Source: Chlorokybus atmophyticus (Eukaryota; Plantae; Mesostigma and Chlorokybus algae). From it: a stretch of DNA of 64,000 nt. Shown in pieces: positions 1 through 12,565 of the stretch (position 1 is its first letter; every line of letters starts with the position of its first letter). Position numbers and translations under genes: made by a program. The stretch is from the NCBI GenBank assembly GCA_009103225.1, contig RHPI01002069.1, forward strand, positions 298,453-362,452. The letters run 5' to 3'. The notes below the pieces were generated by a model that was not told the DNA's origin, did no database searches, and saw nothing but the letters and a program-made list of their open reading frames with translations.

Positions 1-1685
1 CATCACAACTCGAGTATGGTGAGCGTGCTGAGTACTGACACTCTTGTGCACCGACAACCACAATATGGTTTGATTCGTCCTGAGGGATCCAGCTAGAAAG
101 GTCTGCAGGCTGTGCACAGAGTCCATTACTGCATGCTTCGACGCCAGACTACTCGGCAATTGGTCAGCCACTTGCAGTAGACCAGGGCGAACGGCATTGC
201 ACGCTATAACAATCATTCTATACTTGTGCACATCACTCGCTTGAACAACAACAAAAGACATTGCATCATGCCGACAGGTGTTGTGTTCGATCTGTGCTTG
301 AAGTGGGAAACAATTGACAATCACACGCATGGCACAAGCAGTGCAAAAGAGCACTGCCTGCAAACAATGCAACGTACTGGAGGGGCGTTGCCAACGTTCC
401 ACGTGCCAATAAACACTTTAACATTGTGCTCGATGTCTACGCGCAACAGCGCAACCTCAATCTGGACCTGTCATATGCACCGAGCACAGAGTCAGAGCGC
501 ATAAAGCCAAAGCGTAGCAAACAGAGCAAATTATACCTCTCCTGCACGTTCCTTCTTGCCGGACTTGTTATACAGAGGGTACCATGCTGGTTCTAGGGCA
601 TGAGCTCCTGCAGTCCATGTAATTTATGCAGGAACGTCAAAACTTGTCTCAGTTGTGAGACGCAATGTGCAAGCTGTAAAGGTCAATTGCTGCGGCAATG
701 ACTGCACACACCGCTTCGCACAGCAAAACACATTTGCCTGCAATAAGAAACACACCTTGTAGCAATCGCCGCACCGGTATTGACTCACAGCGCCCTAAAA
801 ATACTTTACGTATACGAATGTGTTTGCTGTACACCCTTAGCCCAACATCCACTGCCTGCTGCAAGGTCCAATCAGAATCAACACACTGCCAATAACACAC
901 TTATCAAGTTCGCACCTCGGATGGAGTAACTGGAAACTCAAACGCTTCATGCCACACTGGAGAACTGGTGCCCCATTTCTGCAATGAGCTGCAAACATCA
1001 ATTAATGCTGTAGGCATGTTGTACGGCATGCATGCAACCAACTGACTCATGCATGCATGCGGCATAGCCATGTACCGTGCTGGTGGTCTGGTTGTCTGAG
1101 CCAATAAGCACTTTTACTTGGGGAGCAACTTCGCCAACACTAAGCTTATACTTCAACCCTCTGGCTTGTAACACATTGATGCGCAACCGCCAACTGCCAC
1201 GTTTGCTTGCGGCAGGAGAGGCTGAAAATGATGATGATGGAGTGGAGCCCTGAAATAAAGTCGTGAACAGTTGTTAGTCGTGCACATGCATGTGACATTG
1301 GTGCGGTCACAGTGATAGTAGTAGATGTGAACACAGTGCAAGCTTACACGACACAACAATTGTCAGTGAGATTGCACAAGTAACAACGCTGCCAAAGGCA
1401 CACAAAGGCCATGGAGATTGCGCAGTGGCTAACTACCATGCAACCTTGCAAACAGATGCTGCGAGCACGCAACTACAACGGACTTCTGAGATTAATGTAC
1501 AAACATGCAATCGAGCACAACCGTCAGGCAACGGGCATTAAGTCAGTGGCAAGATTCAGTGCTACAACTTGCTTCCAACCAGCATCAACCCGCACGCTGC
1601 TTGACCTGGCAACCGACTGTACCAAACTAGCTGCTACCTGTCCGCTTCCCAGCGAATGCTCCTCCGACGCTGAAGCACCGACCAT
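1..1685 (-). CDS. C2-domain-containing inositol polyphosphate 5-phosphatase (5' part; continues beyond left edge)
   Basis: Hand-spliced GT-AG exons read WRLRINVLQARGLK / VAPQVKVLIGSDNQTTST / KWGTSSPVWHEAFEFPV / LRVYSKHIRIRKVFLGRC / AWYPLYNKSGKKERAGE (C2 domain). These are followed by VKVFIGTWNVGNAPP and DLSSWIPQDESNHIVVVGAQECQY, the N-terminal TWNV and GxQE motifs of IPPc 5-phosphatases. The start ATG at 1685 (MVGASASEEH) is tentative. Confidence 0.8.
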
Positions 1686-2416
1686 CACACCGCAACAGCG
1701 GCACTCACAGCGGCTAACGCTCCATCAATGCTAGCTGCTGTCCAACCGGGACCACCTGCTGCAGCTGCACCGCTTCAAAACCAGCTTCTTAGCTTCAACC
1801 CGCGAGCCTCGTTCCTCCAAGCAGGTTACCAAGAACAAACCTGTCTCTTCAGTCCTTTGGCTACTGCATATCAGCTTTTAGAAAGCCACCACGCCACCAA
1901 GACTGCTCCCGTCGACCAGCAGCAGGTTGCAATGAGAGATTGCTGTGCATGACGGGCCTCTGTCTCTTCCCCAAACTCGTCTCCTCCCTGCTCGTTTTCG
2001 TCCGCCACGACCACCGCCACCACAACAGCCGGAGCAAGCAGCGTAGCTTCCACGTGTCAAGCAGCTGCTTGCCTGCATGTTGCTTGCTTTCGCGACTTGC
2101 CTTTTTCAAGTGCAGCGTTGCAGCACCGACGCGGTGCACCAACGCTGGTGCCTGAATTCCCTTCTGGTCTGCTGTAGCTCGGCACGGCAGCAGCGTCAGA
2201 GGTGCCGTTGTTGCTGCAGCAGACAGAGCGTTTTCGTTACGTCGCCTCAGCTCGGCTGTCACGTACTCTCACTGCTCACTCCCCACATAACCCACAGGAC
2301 CGGACTGATTCACTAATACATTGATTCATTAGTTCATAGCTCCCGATGCAGCGCGCTGGTTGGATTCGTCACTGACTCACTCGCCCTGTCGCCTACCGAG
2401 TTTACGCCAGTAGCCA

Positions 2417-2424
2417 AAACCCTA
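2417..2424 (+). promoter_or_regulatory. Telo-box (AAACCCTA) in the divergent promoter region between the 5-phosphatase and the DJ-1 fusion gene
   Basis: Exact AAACCCTA at 2417-2424 in the intergenic interval. This is a known plant promoter element; function here is untested. Confidence 0.4.
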
Positions 2425-3210
2425 ACCCGACCGGCTCATGCGTTAATAAGGCCTCCTGGTTACCTGGTTCGTTCGCAATAAGATTCCCCAGCGTACCCCA
2501 GCGCTACCGTCTGTACTAGCATATGACGTGCGTTATGTGGGTAGCTTCAAAGCTCACGTCACGTCGCCATTTTTATCTGAGGCACTGTTATGGTGCTTGC
2601 AGGCTGGCTGGTGGTTGACGGCAAGACGGAGGGAGTCAGCGGCAGGAGGGTTGTCGTCGTTGGCGGTGGTGGCGCCGGGTGAGGCCTTGGTCAACTGGTC
2701 GTTGACAGCGTTGCCGATTGCTGCTCTGTGAAGGCTGCTCATCTGCCCGTGCCGGTATGATGATGGCATGCTGGTGGTGGTGTGCATGGTGACGTCGCTT
2801 GTGCAGAAAAGGACGTGTGGGTGCAGCGTTGCCTTGTAACTTTGCCCGCGAGCTTGCAGCGATTTGTTCTTGGCAAGACTGTCAAGCTGTGGCCAGTGTT
2901 GTACACAGACAAATGTGACTTGACCTTGTCTGCAGCTTGGCTTCCGCACGTAGGTTGCGCATCAGCGTAGGAGGGCTAGGCTACTATTCTTGTGTGCCAT
3001 GTTGCGGCAGAGGAAGTGTGGTCCACAGTTGCATTGTGCAGCAGCAATAGCTGTATGCCTTTCCCAGTCTTTGTTGTTTTTGCTAGCTGCAGCATCCCTA
3101 TTAATGACAATGCCATCGCTGTGCAAAGTGGTTCTTGTCAACATTGCTTTATCGTAGCATCGCCTATACACTCACATACTTCGGCACAACATCTCTACAC
3201 TGCAGGCAAC

Positions 3211-5760
3211 ATGGCATCCACAGCGGTCGCAGCAAAGACGCTCACAGTGGCTGGTCAGGCTGTCACCAGCCAGCAGTCAGCAGCAGTCAGCCGCTCAGCG
3301 CCCTCCCAGGCATCCCGCAGTGATGTGCGCCAGGCATTGTCTGCGCGTGCGATGGGCGCTTCGAAGTCACAATTCTCTGGAAGCTGGCTGCAGACCAAGA
3401 GCCGCCCTGCAAAGGCACAGTGGGCCGCCACCCACATTGTCTCCGCTGCTGTCGAGGCTTATCCCCAGGGTGAGGTCGACAAGGCGCTCGAGTACTTGGA
3501 GAGGATGAGAACATTCCCCAAGTAAGTTATATGAGTTTCACAGGCGACCATTGCATGCATGTGTGGCACTGGAGTTACCCTTGTTGACATGCATATCAGT
3601 GGTGTTACGACGCGCATTGCCTGATTGTCTTTCCTGTGGTCTGCGCAGCAACTATTACTCGCCCATTACACTGAATCTTGGAAGGGTGTTCTCGAATACA
3701 AACAAGTCCATCCCTGCCAGCCTGGGCAGCAAGGACTTCAGTGTCGACTTCTCTACCCTCTCGGTAAGTTCTCGGTAAGAGATGTTTTTGCTGTCCTGTA
3801 AATTGAATGTTTTCACTTGCTTGCTTGAACATATATAGGCATGCAGCTTCTTAGTGTCACAGGGCGATACCATCATTAAGCAGTATGACAAAAAGTATCT
3901 TTCATGGGATCTTGCACTCATGATGCCATGTTCGTGACAGACGGAGAAGGCCCCACCACTGATCATTGAGGATGCGCTTCGCATTGAGGGCATCCGCATC
4001 TACAGGAAAACCCAGCGCGATGTGTCTTTGCCTCAGATCCGCCAGTCATATGGCAACCCCAACCTTGTTGAGCAGGTAAGTAGTCTGTTGCAATTCCCCA
4101 CCAAGAGATTGAAAAATTGCTTGCTTACTAGCATTGCTTTGCTTACATCCTACACGTTATCAGTTGTGTCGCAAAGCTGATTGTGGCATGCACTTGCAGG
4201 AAAACAAGATCTGGTGGCTGACACATTGCCAGGCGCTCCGGGACGGTGACAAGGCAAACAAGGTGCTTGTGATCGATGGCATTGAGGAGGAGTACAGCGG
4301 TTTGACGGTAGGTGCACATCACATTGCATTTAACCGAAAGTGTTTGTAAACATTATCAGGCAGGGCACTAAGCTAGTGTGCAGAACATGGGCTTGCATTG
4401 CTTGACATTGGCTCTTATCGCCTTGCTGGCAGGTGCTCTTCAACGAATACCGTGACGAGCTAATGTACTTCACCAAGGACTCTTTGTATGACACTGCTGA
4501 AGGCGGACAGATCTCCGCCACCCCAGATGCTGAGGGTCTGAAGGGCTACTGGTAAGCCAACCGCATGTATGTATCCATCCTATCCACTGTCCATGACTGG
4601 TTGTGATGTATCATCCATGTCTCAAGTCCACCAGCTGGTCATGAAGGAACTCTGTAGTGCCTGCAAGCAATGGTCTATTGTTCCCAAGGCACAGTGCAAG
4701 TGTTGCACTGCTAATGCATGCTTCTGTGCGATTAGGTTTGGGCGCCAGAAGGGAAACACTTACGAGTCCAGCTGGTGGGCTATGCTTGCCAACCCCCGTG
4801 TCAGGATGACATGGCCACGTGTTACCTTCAGCGGCGAGGATGTGTCCTTTGACTGGGTAAGTGCCTAGTTGTTGCAGAGAGTCGACTTATGAAGGTGTAT
4901 GGTCTTACCATCCGCTTCAACAGGTTTGCTTCGACATCAACACCAATGAGATGACGGCGTATGGTGATGTGGTCTGGATCCGTACTGGTGACCGCGGCGC
5001 GTGCTACAAGAAGTACGAGCACCTGTACTTCCTTCGTGACGTGTACAAGACCTTCTTCGACAACTACTTCAAGGATGGAGCCTCAAGTGGCAGCAGCAAG
5101 GGAGCCTTCGTTCCGGACAACAAGGGCATTGTAAAAGCTGTCGGCGAGCGCAAGGGCAAAATTGCCTGCCTCATTGAAGAGCACTTCGACCCCTTTGAGT
5201 TCCGCTCTTACAACGAGTACTACCCCAAGAACGGCTATGACATGGAGTACCTGACATACCTGTGGGGTGCCGACAGCGTGCGCTACACGTCCAACCCAAC
5301 AGACGGTAAGATTGAGGAGGACGTGACGGTGACCAAGTGCGTGACCAAGGTGAAGCCCAAGGACTACGCTGGCATCCTGGTCATCGGCGCGTACGCCATG
5401 GACCGCCTGCGCTACCAGAGCAAGGTGTGGAAGGGCAAGAAGAACGATGCGCCCGGTGTGGAGTTTGTCCGCCAGACCATGCGCGACAATGTGCCCATTG
5501 GCAACATCTGCCACTCTATCTGGATCTTCTGCGCCGCGCCTGAGCTGCTCAAGGGCAAGAAGGTCACTTGCGCGCACAACCTCGTGTGTGATGTTGAGGG
5601 TGCTGGCGCGGAGATTGTTTACGAGGGTGAGGGCACGGCCGAGCTCGTCATTGACGGCAATCTCATCTGCGGTAAGCATCCCGGCATGGTCGAGGACTTC
5701 AACGTCGCCTTCATTGGTGAGGTGGAGAAGGCGCATGTGCGCACCCCTGTCACTGTCTAA
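3211..5760 (+). CDS. Plastid-targeted fusion protein: transit peptide + NTF2/SnoaL-like domain + DJ-1/PfpI (glyoxalase III/deglycase-like) domain, ~581 aa
   Basis: Seven exons with GT-AG ends and consistent phase: 3211-3521, 3649-3763, 3941-4075, 4200-4307, 4433-4551, 4736-4856, 4924-5760 (1746 nt). The N-terminus is Ser/Ala/Arg-rich and acid-free. The C-terminal domain has KIACLIEEHFDPFE, YAGILVIGAYAMDRLR, nucleophile elbow GNICHS, KKVTCAHNL and LICGKHP (DJ-1/PfpI). The last exon has strong GC3 bias. Confidence 0.85.
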
Positions 5761-6818
5761 GTTCCTGCCGCGCGTATGGTATGGTATGACCCTCAATCCC
5801 CGTAATATATCCACGGTGCTGCGAGCTGTGAGCGCAGTTTGGGCAGGCAGGGCTGGTCTCTGCTGATATATGTCATTAGGTGCCTGACTTTGCACTGTTA
5901 GCTTTTTGGAGGCATTTGTGTAAGTAGTGGATGTGTACAGTTGACGCTGTGGGCAGCCTCTACATATTGATTAAACACTCTGCTGTGATGGACCTGAATA
6001 CCACATCAATGGTCCCACTTCTTTCCATGCATGACTATGATTGGGCTCGTAATGCCGCGCGAAGCTTGGTTGCTGGTTTGCAGTGTAGCAAATGTGAACA
6101 GCAAAAGTCGCTGCGTGGCATCCTTCCTAAACAAGCTGTGCAATTGTCAATGTCCTAAGGTCGTGAATTGACAAGTGCGGTTGCAATTGCAACCAACAAC
6201 GCTCTACAGTTATGCGGAGTGCTGGCACCCACAGAAGAATTGTTGGATGCCTTTCTTTCAGCAACACGGTCACACAAGCATACGCACGCCGCATTGTATG
6301 TACAGTATATACTAGCGTCCTTGCCTATCACAGCACAAACATAATGCTAGCAATACCAGCCGTTCGTGCTCTCCGACGACATCGCCAGCACCGCATCCTC
6401 CTCCGCCAATGGAGCCGTCGCGTGCACTCCCGTCCAGCCCGGCTCGGCCGCCACGACAGCAGCTCCCCACTCCAGCAATGCGAGGCTCTGTACGCGTTGC
6501 AGTGCGCACAAGATGCGCTGCCTGTACAGGGCCAGGAAACCCGCCCGCCGGTTGTGCAACAAGAGCCAAGGCAAATCAGCAGCCTTACAAGGGACTGTAC
6601 GTGTCGGCACTCAGCATGCGTGCTCAAGCATGCAGCGCTAAGTTGATCAGCACCTCAAGTGTGATGCACTGAGTCTTAAGCACAACGAGTGAAGGATAAC
6701 AACACTTGACTAGCCAGTGAAACTTCGAACATGTCTACCAGCAATCTACCAACAAGCCACTTTGCATCTAGAAGCAGTAACTACCTACACTTGACAGGTG
6801 ACACCACCCAGCTTAGCC

Positions 6819-7845
6819 CTACTGATTGCCTGCAGGTGGCGTGCCAGCAGCCCTGTCGTCGTTGTTCTTGTAGTCGTCCCAGCCTCGGACCCACTCGCGT
6901 CCAGGCGGAGCGCGCGCAGAAGTGGTGGCGTGGGCGCGTAGGTGTGAGCCGACATGGTCCCGCAGCGCTGCAAAGGCCTCATTGTTCACAAGACGGGGGT
7001 CGGGCTCCGCCTGCCCCGTGAGCATACGCCACAGGTCAGGGTTCTCCTCGCCAAGCAGCTCCTCGTAAGCGTCCAGCGCAGATGCAGACATCCCGGAAGC
7101 ATGGTCAGCAGCCCAACGACCCATCACCAGGTCCAGCTCAAGCAAACCACGCTGCCTGTGGTTTTGTATGTCAGCGACAATCGGTGACTGATGTGTGCTA
7201 CGTGACCATATACAATTGTAACCTTGCATGTATGCGTATACGTGTGTTTGTGCGTGGATGTGCACGAGCGTGCTTGTATGTACATGTGTGCGCTCACGCT
7301 TAAGTGTGTGTGCGCGTGTGTGTGGCAGGATGTTATGCTTTTCTGCCTTTTCGCAACATGCATAATGAGTTCAGTGAGCAGCGACTGAATACCTCTGTGG
7401 AAATGGCACCTGCACCTAAATGCTGTGATGGAAGCTTGAATTACGAGTGTAGACACACGCAACCAGGATGATACTGGTGATGCTCACCGGCTGCGGTAAA
7501 GCAGGCGAGATATCCTCCGCTCGCGGGCCGACTTCTCCTCGCTGCAGCTGGCTTCAGCGGCAAAGCTGCACATGCAACACGCAGATGCACTTCTTCATCA
7601 CCTCATCAACTTGATCATTGCATTCGACAAGTCATCTAGTCAGTAGCATATGTCTCTGCTAGACTAGCATAGCGCCATGGGCATGAATCTCATTCTTACC
7701 CACCCCTTCCCCTTTCATACCTTCGGCGGCCGGACGTCGACGCCGCGGAAAGCACTGACGCTGATGGTAGCGGCAATGAGTTAAGAGATGACAACGAGCA
7801 CCGCAGCGCCCTGGCGCATGCCCTCCCCCCCACCGCCGCCGCCAT
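6819..7845 (-). CDS. SDHAF2: Succinate dehydrogenase assembly factor 2 (Sdh5 flavinator), mitochondrial
   Basis: Exons 7845-7721, 7565-7488 and 7155-6819 give MAAAVGGRACARALR...RLLYRSRQRGLLELDLVMGRW...YEELLGEENPDLWRMLTG, the Sdh5 signature RG.LE.D. N-terminal presequence is Arg/Ser-rich. Confidence 0.9.
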
Positions 7846-8083
7846 GTTGGCCACCGCTTCGCCACGTCAATACAAGCTGCAACAAGCTGCGTGTCATCAG
7901 CGTCACAGATGAGAAATCACGCTTCAAGTGAACATCAAGCAGCTGGTGGATATACAGCAGGGCTCTGGTATCCGGCTGGTTACTCTGCAAAGCGGATGTC
8001 AACAATTCGGCGGCGGCGGCGGCGGCGGTGCTGAGGGGTAGGAGCAGAGAAGTTGGGCTTGGGTGCGTGCGTGCGTGCGTGAC

Positions 8084-9302
8084 ATGCGGCCTCTGGAGGA
8101 GGCAGAGGCGAAGGCGGTATTCGAGAAGCTGCACAAGTACCTGGGCAACAATGTGCGGCGGCTGGTTGAGCGCAAGGACGAGCCGCACTGCCTGAGGCTG
8201 CACAAGCAGCGGGTGTACTATGTCAAAGAGGTATAATTTCATCTGTGGGAGTAAAATTCAATTTGTCGTATTGATCCACAGGGAGAGAGCGGATGACTGC
8301 GTGCAGCTGCCTTGTATGTTTCTGTAAGCATTGTTTACGACCTGCCATGTTCCTAACAAAATGACATGCAACAACACAATTAGTGTAGCGTGATCGGTGT
8401 TGTGATTGGTGGCTGTCGTGATTGATGCCGTTTTTACATGTTTTCATGGCATAGTGCTTCGATTCCTGCCATAGCAAGCATTGGTAGACAGTTGCACCCA
8501 CACGCGCACACAACAGATATATGCTATGTTTGTTTTCTTCATCATTCAATCTATGCGCGTGCTCTTCACCACGATTGAGGGTGTGCAGTCGTTGATGCGG
8601 AGGGCGACAAACGTTGCGCGCGACCATCTCGTTGCACTTGGGACTTGCATCGGCAAGTTTACGAAAAGCGGGAAGTTCCGCCTTACCGTCACCGCGCTCA
8701 ATGTCCTTGCCCAACACGCCACCCACAAGGTTGTTGTCGTCGCTGTTGTCGTTGTTGTTGTTGTTGTTGTTGTTGTTAGCAGTAACTTGAGACACACATG
8801 GATACGTGGCTCTGATGTCATGTGATCATGCTCTTGCGCACAGGTTTGGGTGAAGCCCTCGGCCGAGATGTCCTTTCTTTACGGCAACCACGTGCTCAAG
8901 TCCGGCTTGGGCCGCATCACTGAGAACACTCCCGCCTATCAGGTGAGAGGCGTGCAGCGTGCAGCAGCAATCATCACTTTCATGAGCACCAGCAACAAAG
9001 CAGTGGTTTGTGAGGGCTGTTCATGACACCCCTCCAAACGCATTGGCTTGTGCGCACAGGGTGTTGTGGTGTACTCGATGTCCGACATTCCCCTCGGTTT
9101 TGGCATTGCTGCAAAATCCACTCAGGATTGCAGGAAGCTTGACCCCAACGGCATCGTCGCGCTGCATCAAGCCGACGTCGGTCAGTTATAGTGCTGTTGG
9201 TTTGCAGTTGAATGCGATTGCCTGTTGCTGTGCAGACTCTCAACTTTGTGTGTTGACATGTTTGTTACAGGGGAATACTTGAGGATGGAGGACGACTTGT
9301 AG
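8084..9302 (+). CDS. NIP7: 60S ribosome subunit biogenesis protein NIP7
   Basis: Exons 8084-8230, 8589-8729, 8844-8942, 9060-9180 and 9271-9302 give [21 protein letters not shown]...[21 protein letters not shown]...[30 protein letters not shown]...[15 protein letters not shown]...[15 protein letters not shown]. Confidence 0.95.
8730..8778. repeat. (GTT/GTC)n microsatellite starting at the donor of NIP7 intron 2
   Basis: gttgttgtcgtcgctgttgtcgttgttgttgttgttgttgttgttgtt is directly visible. Confidence 0.85.
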
Positions 9303-10851
9303 TCGCTCAGTTTGTAGTCTAATAGCTGCTAGTAGTATGTTTCTTTCTTGCAGTATTGTTATGTGGGTTGTAGCTGTAGGCCTAGACATTGTTGGCCTGT
9401 GCTGGCGCTTCACTTGTGTGGACACACCGTCAAACGTGAACGGCTGTTATACAGGGCTTGAAGGTGTTATTGTGCAGGTGCAAATTGTGTTTCTGGTATA
9501 TGATGTATGACGACACAATATGAGCAGTGTGTAGTACAAATCTAGCACGGTTGTAATACCTCATGAGTCCCTCATGCATGATACAAACTGTTTGGCACTG
9601 TATGGTCCCTCTGGGTTGTGTGGGTGCGTGCTTGTGTGGGTACGTGTGTGCACGCACTGGCGTGCGCCAGCCCTTTCCATAAGGCATCTGTTGCTACACG
9701 TACACTTTTGAAGGTTGTTGCGATCTCTGCACCACACCATACCAATGGCAACTACAACAATGAACGGGCTGCACTGCACATCATGACCGACCGCACTGCA
9801 CAGCACAACAAACCGCAATGCATGCACATGTGACAAGCTGGAAACCTAGGCAGCTCCCGCACAGAACCATGCATCAACGCTCTACAAGAGGCAGGCAGTC
9901 CAGCGTCACCTGCTGCGTGCCCTGCTGTCGTCGTCAGTCCGTCAATGCCACCCTGCCGTCGCTGCTTGCACTCAGTTGCATTAGGCTTCTACCCAGCCCT
10001 CTGGTGTATAGATATATACTTGGCTGCTTGCTGGCTGGCTTGGTTTGGTTTGAGTGTAACAATGCATCCGCATGATGGCGTATGTGTGGCAGCTAATTAG
10101 ATAGATACGTATTCATGTGAAACGAGGTGTGAAGTAGTAGTATATCAGAAGTCAAACAGTGTGTGCTCGCGAGGTGCACACATTGCAAGCGCGCACAGCA
10201 CCAGCACACGTGCAAAGTCATGCTCGTAGTTGCCTCTGATGCAGCAAGGACCCGTAGCTCCGTGCGCCATGCAAGTCGATCATGTCTATACAAGGGCGGC
10301 CCTATCAGAGGCAATCTGAGAGTGTTGAACGGTACATCCATCAAACGGTGCTCATGCTGGCCAGCGCCGCAGCCAATAAGGCCATAAGCTCCTTGCTGTC
10401 ACAATGTCTCGAACCACTTGTGCGCTTTGTGCAACCACCAATAGCATCCCTTCTGCCGCATCTGCTGAGAGTCCTCACAGCTTGCCTCGCACTGCCACAG
10501 ACCCAATCCCTTTAGCGCTTGTCTCCGGGCACCGACCTCCGCAATCATGGGTTCTGATGTGGCCTGAGTGGTGTTGCAACTGCTACTGTAAAGCTGTGCT
10601 GATGCTTCCCCTCAGTTGCTGTTGGCATGCGTCCAGGTCATGCCCAATTAAGCATTGACATGCGCCTACATGGGGTGGAGGCAGCAGGCATTGTCACTTT
10701 GGCAATGGTGATGGCCAGGCCACAATCGCGCAGTTACTCGGCATTGTGCTCTTGCAACGCGTCGCGACACGAGATTATTTTTTCCAGGGTTTGTTTGCAG
10801 CCACCGTCATGCCTCGCATGCAGTGCATTCATTGCTTGGGGCGGCACTGCA

Positions 10852-11644
10852 TCAGCCGGGTGCTGAAATCGGCGCAGCAGTGCAGTTGGTCAACTGTTCT
10901 CTCAGCGACGCAATGTGCTGTATCAACCGCTGGTTTCTAAGCATTGCTTCCTGCACCTCCTGCAAACAGTGGAAATCGAGTCTAAACTAGATCTTCTGAA
11001 CAGGAGAGGCAGGAAAGGCAACTGATCAAGCGAACAACTTACTTCCCACTTAGCAGACTCGCAATGCTGGTTGCTCAACATGTCGGCCACCTTCGCCTGC
11101 TGCGGACTTGCTTGCTCAACTGCGTACCCAGATATTGCAAGAGGTTGCAGTTGGTTTGCAGGATGTACTATTTCAAGTTGTTCAGATAGCATGTGACTGG
11201 TACAGCTGGCACAACATGCAGCTTTCACACAGCCAGCATTTAGTTGTGACAATAACGCTTTCGAGTTCCTCGCAGACATTCACGCCAACGTCCGTCTCTG
11301 TGTGGGTTGCGGACCACCTTCCTTGGCTAAGACAAGCTAGGCTAATAAATCGCCCTCTAGCTGTGAACTGGCTGTCAAACCCAAGAAGTTCACACTGTGA
11401 ATTGCTTGAGTTCAACAGCCAATTCACAAGAAAACAGTGACGGACTTGGTTCCTTCTTCACTGCGTAATGATACCCATGTGCATGCATGATGACACAGCA
11501 CCACGACCACCATGATAGACACCGAGGTAAAGGAAACCCACTTGCTGTGGCGGCGGGCTGCAGCTGGCGGACTGTGCGCACTTCCGACTGCGACGTGAGG
11601 AACAGCACCAGCAGCACAAGCGCCAGCGCCATCCCCCGAGACAT
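10852..11644 (-). CDS. Small N-terminally anchored coiled-coil protein (paralog 1), ~111 aa
   Basis: Exons 11644-11542, 11167-11043 and 10959-10852 (336 nt) give MSRGMALALVLLVLFLTSQSEVR...NQHCESAKWEEVQEAMLRNQRLIQHIASLREQLTNC. Shares motifs with the gene at 12566. Confidence 0.7.
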
Positions 11645-12565
11645 GAGCTCCCTTCTCCCCCAACAGCCAATACAACCCCCTGACTTTCGGCAGTTCGCTG
11701 TATACAACTACCCCTTGCTGGACGCCAGTTTATGCTACTCTCTCTCTCTCTCCCCTCCCCGAACCTTCCTCCCGCACACCGACAACCCTGCCAGCGCCGC
11801 TACCAGCGCCGACAACGGCGAGGACGTCGCTAGCAACGACAACGCCAAGAGTGTCCTCGGGAAAAACCATCGAGGCTTAAGCCTGCCTAACTCGATTTGA
11901 GAGGGAGCGCGCAAGCGTTTGTTACTTCCTGAATTTGTGGCGGGTTTATTGGGATATACATGATAATTGCTAGCGCTTCTGTTTCATAGAACGTTTTCCT
12001 GCGTAATTGCAGGGGCTGGATAAACGCGTGGCGGCAGCGGCGGCGGTGGCGACGGCGGCGGCGGGGTCAAGCTTTCTGTGCATGGTTGGTTTGTTGCTGT
12101 CTCTCAGTGATTGATCCACACATACGCTGTTCTGGCAGTGGCAGGAGGCCTTTAAGAAAGGTGGGCGGCAGGCAAGGTTGTTACGCAGCAAAGCGGGGTT
12201 GCCTGGCTGCCTCTCTGTAGTCGAAGGGGTTGTGGTTTGGGCGTTTGACAGCGTTACCTTATGCCGGTGAGCCTGTAACAGGCAACGGTACAAAGCAGTG
12301 CGCATTGCGCCAGCAGCGGCGTGTGGTGATGTTGACAGCTCCCAAGCACCCGTGCTGGTGCTAGGAGTTCTGCGTTGCTGAACAGCTGCGCTTGACTTAA
12401 CTAGCTGCATTGCTTTTGGTTCTTTGTAGCAAACGACATCAGACTAGCTTGGACTTCAAACGGCCTGATTTTTTTTAGCTCGACAGTAACACACAGCTGG
12501 CTTTCAGCTCAGCTTGTGTCTTGGTGATTGTGACGCCTGTGAGGCCTCATCATTAATCAGCAGCC

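Noticed and set aside
5083-5895. 270-aa antisense ORF and other long shadow ORFs (e.g. 23352-23999, 36147-36827)
   Set aside because: They overlap GC3-biased real exons on the opposite strand and have no recognisable motifs.
6340-6645. GC-rich patch with CTRC..HKMRC (Zn-cluster-like)
   Set aside because: Only three cysteines fit, there is no supportable start or splice model, and it overlaps the 3' regions of two convergent genes.
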